In this document: in pieces, positions 44,451 through 55,356 of the stretch
Layout: each line of letters starts with the position of its first letter
Numbering within the stretch: position 1 is the first letter of the stretch
Source: a virus
Reading direction: 5' to 3' (one strand)
DNA length: 64,000 nt
IMG/VR virus record: IMGVR_UViG_3300027861_000011
Location: 1 to 64,000 of that record
Made by a program: the position numbers and the translations under genes
Notes under the pieces: generated by a model
What the model was told of the DNA's origin: nothing
The model's database searches: none
The model's input: the letters and a program-made list of their open reading frames with translations, nothing else

Positions 44451-45598
44451 TTTACCCAGAATCCTAGTGGTCTGAATTTTAAGTGTTTATTTAAGTATTC
44501 AGCTTCGACAGCCCCTCTTTCTAATTGTTTTGTAGTAGAAAGTCTATCAAGTCTAGTATCAAGTCTTTCAAGAATTGCTTTTCTTTCTTCATTACCTTCT
44601 GATAGTAGTGATTCATAATCCATAGTTCTTTCAGCTTCTGGTGGTCCAATAACCCCACCGAACTTACCTCTTGTTCTACCCAATGCTCTTTTAGATTCAG
44701 CAATAAATAAATTTCTAACAAGAACTTTAGTAGGTTCATTAAAGTCAGCAAAGTCTAATTTAGCTAAAGGAACATCATTAGGTAATTTAATAATATCTGG
44801 ATTATCTTTTCTACATTCATCTACATTTTCAGCTGTTGTGTCATAATAATGATACCATACTTGACACCCAGTAAGATTAACTGAACTTAATTGACCACCA
44901 CCAACTCCATGACCAAATGACATCTTAGAACCTGGAACACTCATTAAGTGTAAAAGTCTTGTTCCATCTGGACCAGCAGTTACCTTATATGTTAAATCAC
45001 TTCTAAGTATTCTATTTTTAAGATTTAAATCTTGTGCAGTAAGAAGAATATCGTAAGCTGGTGCAATATAATATCCACCATTTCCACCCATTCCATAACC
45101 ACTTCCACCGCCACCACCAGTACCTAACTGACCAAATCCACCACCATATCCGTAATCGATTCCACCGTAATTAGCGAAAAGTGCCATTTGTGTTGTGGGA
45201 GGTGTAATCCAGAGTACTTCATTAATTTCTCTACCAGCTGGTATTTGATAAACTTGTCTACCAGCTTCTATTGTTACGTAATCCTTTTTTAATTCCCATG
45301 GACCTCTTGATTGAAGGCCAACTTGTTTTGAATAAGCGTAAGTATATTGACTCATGAAATCAAAATCTCTAACACTTAATGCAAATGCCATATCTGTTGT
45401 ATTTATATTCTCACCTAATAATGATTGCCATTGATGTTCTATAAGCCATTCTTGTACATATTGTGCGTAATCTTCCGTTGCTATTTCTAATAACGTACAT
45501 AACATATCATCAGTTAATTCAATCTGACGAAGAGGTGCACCCATTGATACACGAAATTGTTGGAATATTCTTTCCTTGTCTGTTATACTTATTCCCAT
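44447..45598 (-). CDS. Neck protein (T4 gp13-like)
   Basis: 'FRVSMGAPLRQIELTDDML' matches the gp13 N-terminal LGAP.I.VE motif; 'KRALGRTRGKF' C-terminal motif. Confidence 0.75.
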   Translation of the reverse strand: MGISITDKERIFQQFRVSMGAPLRQIELTDDMLCTLLEIATEDYAQYVQEWLIEHQWQSLLGENINTTDMAFALSVRDFDFMSQYTYAYSKQVGLQSRGPWELKKDYVTIEAGRQVYQIPAGREINEVLWITPPTTQMALFANYGGIDYGYGGGFGQLGTGGGGGSGYGMGGNGGYYIAPAYDILLTAQDLNLKNRILRSDLTYKVTAGPDGTRLLHLMSVPGSKMSFGHGVGGGQLSSVNLTGCQVWYHYYDTTAENVDECRKDNPDIIKLPNDVPLAKLDFADFNEPTKVLVRNLFIAESKRALGRTRGKFGGVIGPPEAERTMDYESLLSEGNEERKAILERLDTRLDRLSTTKQLERGAVEAEYLNKHLKFRPLGFWVK

Positions 45599-45638
45599 AA
45601 TATTGTTTTATTATAAATATTATGAAATAAGGTAATAT

Positions 45639-45908
45639 TTAATCATTTAAGAATTTCTTTGTTAATTCTAGTGCTTCCTTAATACTTTTAAAACTAATTT
45701 GTGGGGAAAGTATTGTTTTATTGACCAGTATAATTGGTACACTCTCACTTTTACCTATCTCCATAATCTTTTTAGTTTCTTCTTTATTTTCATCTAATTC
45801 AATATCTACATAAATAAAATCAATGTTATTATTTTCATAAAATTCTTTTAATTCTTGGCAGTAAGGGCATTCTTCAAAACCATAAAGTCTAACTTTCTTC
45901 ATATTCAT
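45639..45908 (-). CDS. Glutaredoxin/NrdH-like redoxin
   Basis: 'CPYC' active site, 'SVPIILV'. Confidence 0.9.
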   Translation of the reverse strand: MNMKKVRLYGFEECPYCQELKEFYENNNIDFIYVDIELDENKEETKKIMEIGKSESVPIILVNKTILSPQISFKSIKEALELTKKFLND

Positions 45909-47754
45909 CTATTATTTCTTCAAGCATTATTTCTATTGTTTCTTCTTCATTAATATGTTTTTGACCCATTATTATGTTAATGATATCTTGTTTTCTTTGA
46001 AGTGTTTCCCACATTCTTACTGAAACTGTTTTTTCAAACAACTGATAATAAACCGTTACATTATTCATTTGTCCTATTCTGTATGCTCTATCTTCAGCTT
46101 GTTCGTTGTTCCCAGGTACCCAATCAAAAGAATTAAAAATAACATGAGTAGCTTCAGTTAGGGTAATACCAACACCAGCAGATATTATATTACCAATAAA
46201 TACTTCAACCTTATCATTTTGTTGAAACTTATCTATTGATAATTGTTTTTCTTTATCACTCATTTTACCATAATGTATAACACATTTATTACCAAAGTGT
46301 TTTTGTAGGGCTAATAGTTCATCAGTAAAATTTGTAAATATAATAACCTTGTTATCTTGTTCTATTATATCTTCTGCCATAGCTATACTCTCTGGTATTG
46401 CTTCCATAGCAACAAACTTTCTAAGAAGACCTAGTTCAACTAAATCTCTTTCTGGTTCACCTCTTTTCTTTTTCTTTTTTCTTTCTACTAAATATTCTTC
46501 CCAAAGGTCATTATATTCACCCCATTGTTTATCGGTAAACTTATGATATGTTGGGACCATTAACTTATCTGGCATATCCTTTATTTCAGTCTTAAGTCTT
46601 CGCTTATATATATGTTTAGTCTTAATTGCAAGTTCTTCTAAGTTTGAAGCGCCATTAGTGAGCCATATCTTCTTCCTTTGACCATTTTTAAGCGTTGTGG
46701 TGATTTGTTTACCTTCACAATACCTCAGAACATAGAATTTAAAGTTATCCACTAAGGGACTCTTAATAAGCCTTAAAAGATTATAATAATCCATAGGTCT
46801 ATTTGCAACTGGTGTTCCACTTAAAAGCCATACCTTTTCGATATTATGATTAACACAAAGGTCTTTCATGATACTACCTCTATTACTTTTAGGATTCTTT
46901 AACTTATGTGCTTCGTCTATAATAACTAAATCAAAATTACCTTGTACTAAGTGTTGATTATCCCAACATATATCTTCTTCTTTAATATTCTTTCCAGGTA
47001 CTTCATGGAAGTTTTTAAGTATATCATAATTAATGATAGTAAATTTAGCTTGGTCCCATTTCTTTCCACTTATAATGGTAGTATCAAAGTTCTGGAAGTA
47101 ATTGATTTCTCTTTCCCAGTTTATCTTTACGGCTGAAGGACAAATAATAAGAATCCTTTCAGCGCCACACTCAAGTGCCGCAACTATTGATTGTAAACTT
47201 TTACCTAATCCCATATCATCAGCTAAAAGACAACCGTTATTAGTTAAAAGGAATTTTATACCATCTTTTTGGTGGTCATAGAATTTTCTACCGATACTAC
47301 CATCCTTAAGAATAAATGTATCTAATTCCTCGTACTTTTCAAAATCAACATCAATATCCACTTCTTCATGATAAAGGTCATCAAGTATTTGAGTCTTAGG
47401 GATGAAATACATTCTAGACTTTTCTTGATTTCTTTTTAGTTTACCGTAAATATGGTATGTCTTTTCGTTATCAGCAAGTAGGTATTCAACAAGTATTCTT
47501 TCTGGTTTAAAAGAAAGTCTTTCGTTTCGTTGTAACTCTTCACCTAAATAATCGGTAATCCCAATTACCTTATTAATATGTAACGGTATAAAATCATAAT
47601 TATGAATTATATATTTTGTTTGGTTGGTTGTTAATTTTAACTTACCGTCTTTAGCTAAATCACTCTTAAGTTTTTTAATGTAGGGGTTCTTACCTTCATA
47701 TTTTCTTAGTAGTTCAATCGCATCTCTACCTTTTATATCATCTAAATTTATCAA
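45889..47754 (-). CDS. SNF2-family helicase (TTG start)
   Basis: 'LADDMGLGKS', 'IICPSAVKINWEREI', 'IIDEAH', 'LSGTPVANRP', 'GVGITLT', 'QAEDRAYRIGQ'. Confidence 0.93.
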   Translation of the reverse strand: MINLDDIKGRDAIELLRKYEGKNPYIKKLKSDLAKDGKLKLTTNQTKYIIHNYDFIPLHINKVIGITDYLGEELQRNERLSFKPERILVEYLLADNEKTYHIYGKLKRNQEKSRMYFIPKTQILDDLYHEEVDIDVDFEKYEELDTFILKDGSIGRKFYDHQKDGIKFLLTNNGCLLADDMGLGKSLQSIVAALECGAERILIICPSAVKINWEREINYFQNFDTTIISGKKWDQAKFTIINYDILKNFHEVPGKNIKEEDICWDNQHLVQGNFDLVIIDEAHKLKNPKSNRGSIMKDLCVNHNIEKVWLLSGTPVANRPMDYYNLLRLIKSPLVDNFKFYVLRYCEGKQITTTLKNGQRKKIWLTNGASNLEELAIKTKHIYKRRLKTEIKDMPDKLMVPTYHKFTDKQWGEYNDLWEEYLVERKKKKKRGEPERDLVELGLLRKFVAMEAIPESIAMAEDIIEQDNKVIIFTNFTDELLALQKHFGNKCVIHYGKMSDKEKQLSIDKFQQNDKVEVFIGNIISAGVGITLTEATHVIFNSFDWVPGNNEQAEDRAYRIGQMNNVTVYYQLFEKTVSVRMWETLQRKQDIINIIMGQKHINEEETIEIMLEEIIDEYEES

Positions 47755-47789
47755 GTTAATTTAATTAATGTTATTCGTTATAAAGATTT

Positions 47790-47818
47790 AATATAATGAA
47801 TTTTATTAAAAAAATCAA
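47790..47818 (-). promoter_or_regulatory. Putative sigma70-like promoter TTGATT-N17-TATATT
   Basis: Upstream of helicase start 47754. Confidence 0.5.
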
Positions 47819-47866
47819 GTCTTTTAGAATTATTACTTATTTCTAAATATTTATCTAATAAAGACA

Positions 47867-48391
47867 ATGGCAACACCAAGAAGAATACCTATAAATCGTA
47901 ATAACAAGTTTTTTTCACAGGAGGATTTTGAGTTGGATGTGAATATGGGTAGGGAAGCAATTGAAGGTGATGGTAATTTTGTAGTAATACTTTATAGGGT
48001 TGATAGGGAAATGACCGCATCTGATGACTTATATGGTGAAGCTGGTAAAGATGATATTAGATTCTTTCCACCAGTTGAATTAAGGGTGGCGTTAACATTT
48101 AATGAGGCAGAAAATAAAGCTTATAATAGTGGTTCTGGTAGTCTTAGATATTTACAAGATGGTCAATTATCTTTTGGGGTATATGAAGCTCAATTAGCAG
48201 AATTAGATGTTCAATTAAATTATGGTGATTATATTGGTTATGCCGTTAGCGAAACAGATGTTAGGTATTTTTCAGTTGTTAATGATGGAATTAAGAATTA
48301 TGATAATAAACATACCATTATGGGGTATAAAGGTGCATTTAGAACTGTAGTTTGTGCTAGTGTAGATGAAAACGAATTCAGAGGATTTTAG
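47867..48391 (+). CDS. Neck protein (T4 gp14-like)
   Basis: 'REAIE..G...ILYR....DDLYGE' pattern of gp14-like head-closure proteins; adjacent gp15-like gene. Confidence 0.65.
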   Translation: MATPRRIPINRNNKFFSQEDFELDVNMGREAIEGDGNFVVILYRVDREMTASDDLYGEAGKDDIRFFPPVELRVALTFNEAENKAYNSGSGSLRYLQDGQLSFGVYEAQLAELDVQLNYGDYIGYAVSETDVRYFSVVNDGIKNYDNKHTIMGYKGAFRTVVCASVDENEFRGF

Positions 48392-48412
48392 AAGATTTAA
48401 AAATAGGAAATT

Positions 48413-49468
48413 ATGTGTGCACTTCCAAAGGGATTTAAAAAAAATATAAAGATACTGAAAGATAAGGTTGGTTTCGATAGAAGGCAAGGTATTCTTGACG
48501 ATATAGCTGATAATGGTACATTCCTTCCTAGAGGGGTTATGTATGAAGATATGGATAAATCTTTTATCGAATTCGTTGATAAGGATTTACAATTAGTTAT
48601 TGATGGTGAAACTGTACCTGTTATTTTTCTAACACTTCAAAGATGGTCGGAGTTTTCTAAGACTTGGCAACATGCTGATAAATATAAGGATATTAAGATG
48701 CCGTTTATTACGATTGTTAGACAACCTAATCCACAAGTGGGGAATAACCAAGCTGGGTTATTTAATATTCCAGGTAGAAGAACTTATACATATATGAAAG
48801 TACCCACTTTTGAGGGTGGTAGAAAGGGTATTGATGTCTATAAGATTCCACAACCAACTTCAGTAGATATCACTTATGAGGTAAGACTTTTCTGTAATAG
48901 AATGAGAGACCTTAATAAACTTAATATAAAGGTAGTTCAAGCGTTTAACGCAATTCAATATTACATAAGGGTTAATGGTCACCCTATGCCATTACTTCTA
49001 GAAAGTATTGGAGATGAGAGTAATATAGATGATTTTGAAAATAGAAGATTCTATGTTCAACCATATGAAATAAAGTTAGAGGGATATGTTCTAGATGAGG
49101 ACCAGTTTGAAGTTATACCAGCTATTAATAGAGCGTTAGTTATGGGTGAGATTTCTGAAACGCCAATAGTACCCAGGTTTACAGCTAGTACTAATAAAAC
49201 TGAAGGTACATTCTCATATAATGTTATATTTAAACCTCAATCAGAACCATCATTTAGTTATATAGTTGACTACGATAGTAAGTATACTAATATCGTTAAT
49301 ATTGAAGGTGCTACAAACATTGAGATTAGGGTAAATGGAGTGCAAGTATTTAATGGTATAGATTTTACCACTTCTTTTGTCGTAAATGCTGGTAGCGAGA
49401 TATATATTAAAGTAAGTAGAAATATATATTCTACTGCTAAATTTACACTAATAGGAAACATAATATAA
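48413..49468 (+). CDS. Tail terminator/completion protein (T4 gp15-like) with C-terminal extension
   Basis: 'VPVIF...RW', 'MPFITI.R', 'P..VDITYEV' pattern. Confidence 0.65.
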   Translation: MCALPKGFKKNIKILKDKVGFDRRQGILDDIADNGTFLPRGVMYEDMDKSFIEFVDKDLQLVIDGETVPVIFLTLQRWSEFSKTWQHADKYKDIKMPFITIVRQPNPQVGNNQAGLFNIPGRRTYTYMKVPTFEGGRKGIDVYKIPQPTSVDITYEVRLFCNRMRDLNKLNIKVVQAFNAIQYYIRVNGHPMPLLLESIGDESNIDDFENRRFYVQPYEIKLEGYVLDEDQFEVIPAINRALVMGEISETPIVPRFTASTNKTEGTFSYNVIFKPQSEPSFSYIVDYDSKYTNIVNIEGATNIEIRVNGVQVFNGIDFTTSFVVNAGSEIYIKVSRNIYSTAKFTLIGNII

Positions 49469-49472
49469 AAAA

Positions 49473-52400
49473 ATGAGCTGTAATAGTAACACACCAAATG
49501 TAAATAAAACATTTATTATAGAGCCTCAATCACTGACTGGGGGTACACCAGTATTATCCGCATGTACGTCTTTATATACTAACTTAATACAGGCTTGTTC
49601 TGGTGGAACTGTTAACTTCAGTGATAATATAAATATTAGTGGTGCTATTAGTGGTGTAACATATTATGGTGATGGTTCAAAACTTACTGGTATATCAACT
49701 GTAGATAATTTTGTAAGTGGTGGTACGTATAATAGTGGTTCTACAGTTTTAGAATTTGTTGGTAATAGTTCAGCTACAACATTTAATGTGGATGTATCTG
49801 AATTATTAGATAATACTAACTATTATGTTACTAATGCACAATTTAGTGGTTCAACACTTATCCTTACAAGAAATGGTGGGTTATCAGCACTTACATCTGA
49901 ATTCACAGCTACAACAGTAGATACATTTGTTAGTGCTGGTACATTTAATCAAGCAACTGCTGCAATCGATTTCAGTGGAAATAGTTCTGGAACAACATTT
50001 AGTGTTCAGTTAAATTCTTTAACCGCTAATACGTATACAAATAATAGTGAATTAGTAAATAATACGATATTCTTTGATACTAACTTGGCTCTTTCAGCTT
50101 ATTCAGTTGATTTAACCCCATTAGTGTTTACTGGTAATACATCTGGTGATTGTATTACTGACTTACATATAAGTAATCTTTATGGATGTTCACCAATAAC
50201 TACACATGATAAGTTAATATTATTAAGTGGTTTAACTTTTTCTTCCATAACTAAAGATAATTCTTTAATCCAAATATTAGGTAGAAATTCTACTACTGGT
50301 GATGTTGAATACAGAGATGTAAGTAGCATTATTACAGGGGCAACATCTACAATAACTGCGTCAAACGGACTTACAAAGACGGGTGATAATATAACCCTTG
50401 GTGGTGTATTAACTGGTGATACAACAATAAATATTGATAATAACACATTCGCACTTTCTGGTGGTAGCGTCTCAATGGATGACGGTACAGGGATTAATAT
50501 CGGCACAAATATAATTGATGGTGGGTCTGGTTTCTTTGGTTCATCAAACTACATACAATTGAGAACTAAGTCTGATTATAGTGAACCTTGGTTCTATATG
50601 AATGGTAGCCAATCTACAAGCTCTATCGGTAAATTCTTTCAGTGGAATCTTGGTGACCAAAGTCTTGACATTGCATTCACATTTGCAAAACCTTCAGCTA
50701 ACCATTACCAATTCAACAATAACCAATTTGCCCTTTATGATAATAGTGGGTCATATAAAATTTGGAACTACTTTAACAGAGAAAGTGTTGTAGGATTTAT
50801 CGCTGCACAAGGTATTGTTAATTCTAATGTTAATGGGTCTGTTGCAATAGCAACAAGTGCAGTTACAATGACTGCTAACTATACACTTTATACTGATAAG
50901 TTAAATCTAGTCGATACCCCAACGAACAATGACCTTAATACTAACATACTTACAAGGAATACAAGTACTGGTAACGTAGAGTATAGAGATGTAAGTTCTA
51001 TTATCAATGCTGCAAGTGCTGATACATATACAACTTCTGCTAATCTTTCTGGTGATAGTATTACCTTTGATAATAACTTAGGTGGAGTTAATGTTTATAA
51101 TGTAGACTTACTTCCATTACTTAGTGGTAAAACAAACAATACACATTTTGATAGTTATACATCTGCAACCGAAACAATTTTAAATACTAAGGTTGAAGAT
51201 GGTAATAATGTCGGTGGAGCAACTGAAATATTCTCTGGTAAATCTGGAACAATACTTAACTTTAGAACACTTTCGGGTGGTTCTAACACAACATTAACAA
51301 CTGTTGGTGATGTTGTTAAAATAGATGTTTCTATCCCAACTGACCAAGATACTCAAGTAACCGCATTTACTTGGAACCAAACAACTTTTGATTTAACAAT
51401 AAAACAAAATGGTTTATCAGATGAGACAGTTAACTTAGCTGTACTCGCTACTGACATTTATGTGGTTAGTGGTTCTTATAGTGCTAATACAGGTATTGTA
51501 AGATACACAAACTCTACGGGTGGTACATTTGATGTGAGTGGGTTCACGACTGGTATGACTGACACTTATACAACTGATGCTAATCTTTCTGGTAATAGTA
51601 TAACATTCGATAGAAATATAGGTGGTGGAAATGTTTATAATGTAGACTTACTTCCGTTACTTAGTGGTAAAACAAATAATACAGATTTCAACACTTATAC
51701 AGCTGCAACTGAGGTAATTATAGACTCTAAAGCTGACCAATCTGCATTTACAGCTCATACTGGTGATACAAGTAATCCGCATTTAACTGCATTTAGTTCA
51801 CTTACAACAACAGCACATACACATACGCTTAACGATATAACTGATTTTGATGCTTATAGTGGTAACGTACAAACAATATTAGATAGTAAAACTGACCAAA
51901 CACTTTTCGATTCTTATTCAGCTACAACTGATGCGGCAATAGCAAGTAAAGTAGACCAAACACTTTTCGATTCTTATAGTGCTGCTACAGAGATTACATT
52001 AGCTACTAAGGTTGATGGTGGTATTAATATTGGTAACGGTGCGGAGATATTCTCTGGTAAGTCTGGTACAACTCTTGTATTCAGAACACTTAGTGGTGGA
52101 ACAAATACAACGGTAACAACTATTGGTGGTCTTAATGTAATAGACGTTGTAATACCAACTGACCAAGATACTCAAGTAACTGCATTTACCTGGAACCCAA
52201 CAACATTTGATTTAACAATAGAACAAAATGGATTATCGGATGAGACAGTTAACTTATCTATACTTGCTACTGATATTTATGTTGTTAGTGGTGTTTATGA
52301 CCCACTAACTGGTATCGTAACTTATACTAACTCAACTGGTGGTACATTCCCAGTTTCTGGTTTCACAACTGGAATGACTGATTCATATACTACATCTGCT

Positions 52401-54638
52401 AGTCTTAGTGGAGATAGTATTACTTTTGATAATAATATACAAGGTTCAAATATTTATAATGTTAGTCTTCTTCCATTACTTAGTGGAAAGACTGATGTAA
52501 GTGTGTTTAATACTTATACTGGAGATACGGAAGCAGTTTTACTTACTAAAGTTGAAGATGGTAATAATGTCGGCAGTGGTGCTGGTGAGATATTCTCTGG
52601 TAAATCTGGAACAACACTTAACTTTAGAACACTTTCGGGTGGTTCTAACACAACATTAACAACTGTTGGTGATGTTGTTAAAATAGATGTAGCAGTACCA
52701 TCTGGAGATAATTTCTTCTCAACCGCTGGTACCGTCACACAATCAGCCACAACTGGTAGTACTGAAATATCATTACAAATAGTAGGTACTAGTGGGTTTA
52801 CACCTTACACAATAACAGGACTTACAGATACTTTTGTAAATGATTTCACATTTAGTTCGAATACGTTTACAATAACTCAAAATGATGGTAGTAGTTTCGA
52901 TAGTAGTGTTGAAACCATTGAGTTGGGTAATATACTAAGTGCGGTTACCTTTGATATAGGAACCTCTGGTAGTATATCCGCAACAACATTTAACGGTGAT
53001 ACGTTTAGTGGTGGTACTTTTTATGGTGATGGTACTAATTTAAGTGGTATAGATAATTTATATGTCACAGGTGGTACTGTAACTGGTGAAACAACAATTG
53101 TTCTTACAAGGAATGATAATGTTAATATCCCAGTAACTGGAATCACAAGTACAGGTTTATTCGGTCAACATACTGGAGATACTAATAACCCACATGTCGT
53201 AACAATAAGTCAACTTAGTGGTGTTAGTGAAACTTTATTCAACACATATACTGGAGATACGGAAACAGTTTTACTTACTAAAGTTGAGGATGGTAATAAT
53301 GTCGGTGGGGCTACTGAAATATTTAGAGATAAAACAGGTACAACACTTAACTTTAGAACACTTTCGGGTGGAACTAATACAACGGTTACAACTATTGGTG
53401 ATATTAATAGAATTGACGTATCAATACCAACCGATTTAAACACTTTTGTCACTGGGTTTACATACAACGATAATAATACTTTTACAATATTTGATAATGT
53501 AGGTTCAGCGTTTACAGCAACAATTAATCAAGTTAGTGGACTTACAGTTAACGGCACATTATCGGCAACAACATTAGATGGTAGTATACTATTAAGTGGT
53601 GGTACAAATTTATTAACTATTATAGACGATAGAGATACATTCGTAACTGGAACAACATTTACAGGTAATCAATCTATATTGTCAAGAAATGATGGTAGTG
53701 ATGTGTTAAAAATTAGTGGTGGTACAAATGTTACAATTACTAGTGGTGGTACAAATTTAACCGTTATCGATGTATCAATACCATTATATAATAATACATT
53801 TGTTAGTGGTGGAACATACAGTGACTCAACAGACATTATTACGTTTACAAATACAACTGGTGGTACTTTTAATGTTACAGGAATTACAGATACCTTTGTA
53901 ACTGGTGGGACATATAGTAGTGGTACAACATCGTTAGATTTTAGTGGTAACACTGGGTTTATACCATTCAGTGTAAATGTTTCTGAATTAATAGACGACA
54001 CAAATACATTTGTCACTGGTTTTACTTATAACGATGCTAACACATTCACAATAAGTAATAATAATGGAACTAACTATTCTGCTTCTATTGATGTGATGTC
54101 AGGATTAACAGTTAATGGGGAATCGGTATTTAGTGGTACAGGTACAGATGTTGTTCAAATATATGGTTCTGGTTCAACAACACCGATTTTTAGGGTAGAA
54201 GGTTCATCTGGTGAATTGTTTAGTATCTCAGATAGTTTGATAGGTGATTTATTCACCGTTAACAATATTTCAGGATTACCTATTTTAGTGGTAAATTCAG
54301 ATAACACCATATTATGGGGTGATAATACGGTACCTTCACTTAACACAACAGTTAAAAAATCTATAAATTCAGGGTTAACAGAAATATATTCAGTACCTGT
54401 AAGTGCTTACACAGGTGTATTCTTTGATTATACGGTAACTGGTGCTGGGGCTAGGGCTGGTTCTATATCCTCAATATTTAGTGGAACATCAGTTCAATTT
54501 AACGAAACAACAACAAACGATATAGGAGATACAAGTGGAATTACTTTTGATATGAATATATCTGGTGGTACCGCTAACTTAACTGTTTCAGCTACAACAA
54601 ACAGTTGGGAAATAAGAACGATTGTAAGAAGTATATAA
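49473..54638 (+). CDS. Very large Ser/Thr/Gly-rich tail fibre-like protein with internal repeats
   Basis: 1721 aa; repeated 'IFSGKSGT.LNFRTLSGG.NT' and 'DTFV.GGTY' modules; no catalytic motifs. Confidence 0.8.
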   Translation: MSCNSNTPNVNKTFIIEPQSLTGGTPVLSACTSLYTNLIQACSGGTVNFSDNINISGAISGVTYYGDGSKLTGISTVDNFVSGGTYNSGSTVLEFVGNSSATTFNVDVSELLDNTNYYVTNAQFSGSTLILTRNGGLSALTSEFTATTVDTFVSAGTFNQATAAIDFSGNSSGTTFSVQLNSLTANTYTNNSELVNNTIFFDTNLALSAYSVDLTPLVFTGNTSGDCITDLHISNLYGCSPITTHDKLILLSGLTFSSITKDNSLIQILGRNSTTGDVEYRDVSSIITGATSTITASNGLTKTGDNITLGGVLTGDTTINIDNNTFALSGGSVSMDDGTGINIGTNIIDGGSGFFGSSNYIQLRTKSDYSEPWFYMNGSQSTSSIGKFFQWNLGDQSLDIAFTFAKPSANHYQFNNNQFALYDNSGSYKIWNYFNRESVVGFIAAQGIVNSNVNGSVAIATSAVTMTANYTLYTDKLNLVDTPTNNDLNTNILTRNTSTGNVEYRDVSSIINAASADTYTTSANLSGDSITFDNNLGGVNVYNVDLLPLLSGKTNNTHFDSYTSATETILNTKVEDGNNVGGATEIFSGKSGTILNFRTLSGGSNTTLTTVGDVVKIDVSIPTDQDTQVTAFTWNQTTFDLTIKQNGLSDETVNLAVLATDIYVVSGSYSANTGIVRYTNSTGGTFDVSGFTTGMTDTYTTDANLSGNSITFDRNIGGGNVYNVDLLPLLSGKTNNTDFNTYTAATEVIIDSKADQSAFTAHTGDTSNPHLTAFSSLTTTAHTHTLNDITDFDAYSGNVQTILDSKTDQTLFDSYSATTDAAIASKVDQTLFDSYSAATEITLATKVDGGINIGNGAEIFSGKSGTTLVFRTLSGGTNTTVTTIGGLNVIDVVIPTDQDTQVTAFTWNPTTFDLTIEQNGLSDETVNLSILATDIYVVSGVYDPLTGIVTYTNSTGGTFPVSGFTTGMTDSYTTSASLSGDSITFDNNIQGSNIYNVSLLPLLSGKTDVSVFNTYTGDTEAVLLTKVEDGNNVGSGAGEIFSGKSGTTLNFRTLSGGSNTTLTTVGDVVKIDVAVPSGDNFFSTAGTVTQSATTGSTEISLQIVGTSGFTPYTITGLTDTFVNDFTFSSNTFTITQNDGSSFDSSVETIELGNILSAVTFDIGTSGSISATTFNGDTFSGGTFYGDGTNLSGIDNLYVTGGTVTGETTIVLTRNDNVNIPVTGITSTGLFGQHTGDTNNPHVVTISQLSGVSETLFNTYTGDTETVLLTKVEDGNNVGGATEIFRDKTGTTLNFRTLSGGTNTTVTTIGDINRIDVSIPTDLNTFVTGFTYNDNNTFTIFDNVGSAFTATINQVSGLTVNGTLSATTLDGSILLSGGTNLLTIIDDRDTFVTGTTFTGNQSILSRNDGSDVLKISGGTNVTITSGGTNLTVIDVSIPLYNNTFVSGGTYSDSTDIITFTNTTGGTFNVTGITDTFVTGGTYSSGTTSLDFSGNTGFIPFSVNVSELIDDTNTFVTGFTYNDANTFTISNNNGTNYSASIDVMSGLTVNGESVFSGTGTDVVQIYGSGSTTPIFRVEGSSGELFSISDSLIGDLFTVNNISGLPILVVNSDNTILWGDNTVPSLNTTVKKSINSGLTEIYSVPVSAYTGVFFDYTVTGAGARAGSISSIFSGTSVQFNETTTNDIGDTSGITFDMNISGGTANLTVSATTNSWEIRTIVRSI

Positions 54639-54639
54639 A

Positions 54640-55356
54640 ATGAGTTTTTCATATGGTGCCAAAATAGTGACTGATGGTTTAGTATTCTATGTGGATGCTG
54701 CTAACCCTAATTCATACGTAAGTGGAAGTACAACAGTTGATAGTTTAGTAAGTAATGTAACAGGGTCATTAAGTAATGATACTGATTTTTCTACAGATAA
54801 TCAAGGGGTTTGGGTGTTCGATGGTGTGGATGATAATATAACAACCCCATATAATGATATTTTAGATATAACATCAATCACTATACAGTGTTGGTTAAAT
54901 CTTACTGGTGCCCAACAATTGTATCCCACAGTATTTGGAAGAGCGGGTGGGGGTAGTGCTGCTTATAAGATTAGAACTTACGGGGGGGTGGGTTCAGATA
55001 TAGGGTTACAAATTTATGATTCTACATATAGACAAGGACCTAAATTAACAACAGGGGTAAGCGGTAAAGACTTAAATTATGGGGAATGGAACTTTTTAAG
55101 TTTTTCATATGATTATAATTCAATTGACGGTCAAAGATTTAAAGTATATCTTAATGGTGTATTAGATTCACAATCTACAACAGGTGTGGGGACAATAGTA
55201 AATACTTCACAAACAATGGAGTTTATGGAAAGTGATTTTGATAGTAATTCCAATTTAGCGGGTTCTTTAGGTCCATGTAATATATATAACAGAGAACTCA
55301 CATCAACAGAAGTATTACAAAATTACAACGCTTTAAAGGGGAGGTTTGGGTTATGA
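54640..55356 (+). CDS. LamG/concanavalin A-like lectin domain protein
   Basis: 'IVTDGLVFYVDAANP.SY', 'FDGVDD', 'ITIQCW', 'W....F.Y', 'YLNG', 'IYNRELT..EV.QNY'. Confidence 0.88.
   Translation: MSFSYGAKIVTDGLVFYVDAANPNSYVSGSTTVDSLVSNVTGSLSNDTDFSTDNQGVWVFDGVDDNITTPYNDILDITSITIQCWLNLTGAQQLYPTVFGRAGGGSAAYKIRTYGGVGSDIGLQIYDSTYRQGPKLTTGVSGKDLNYGEWNFLSFSYDYNSIDGQRFKVYLNGVLDSQSTTGVGTIVNTSQTMEFMESDFDSNSNLAGSLGPCNIYNRELTSTEVLQNYNALKGRFGL

Noticed and set aside
41146-47754. Intein or intron in PolB or the helicase
   Set aside because: Catalytic motifs are contiguous; no C/S...HN-C/S/T splice junctions or LAGLIDADG motifs seen.
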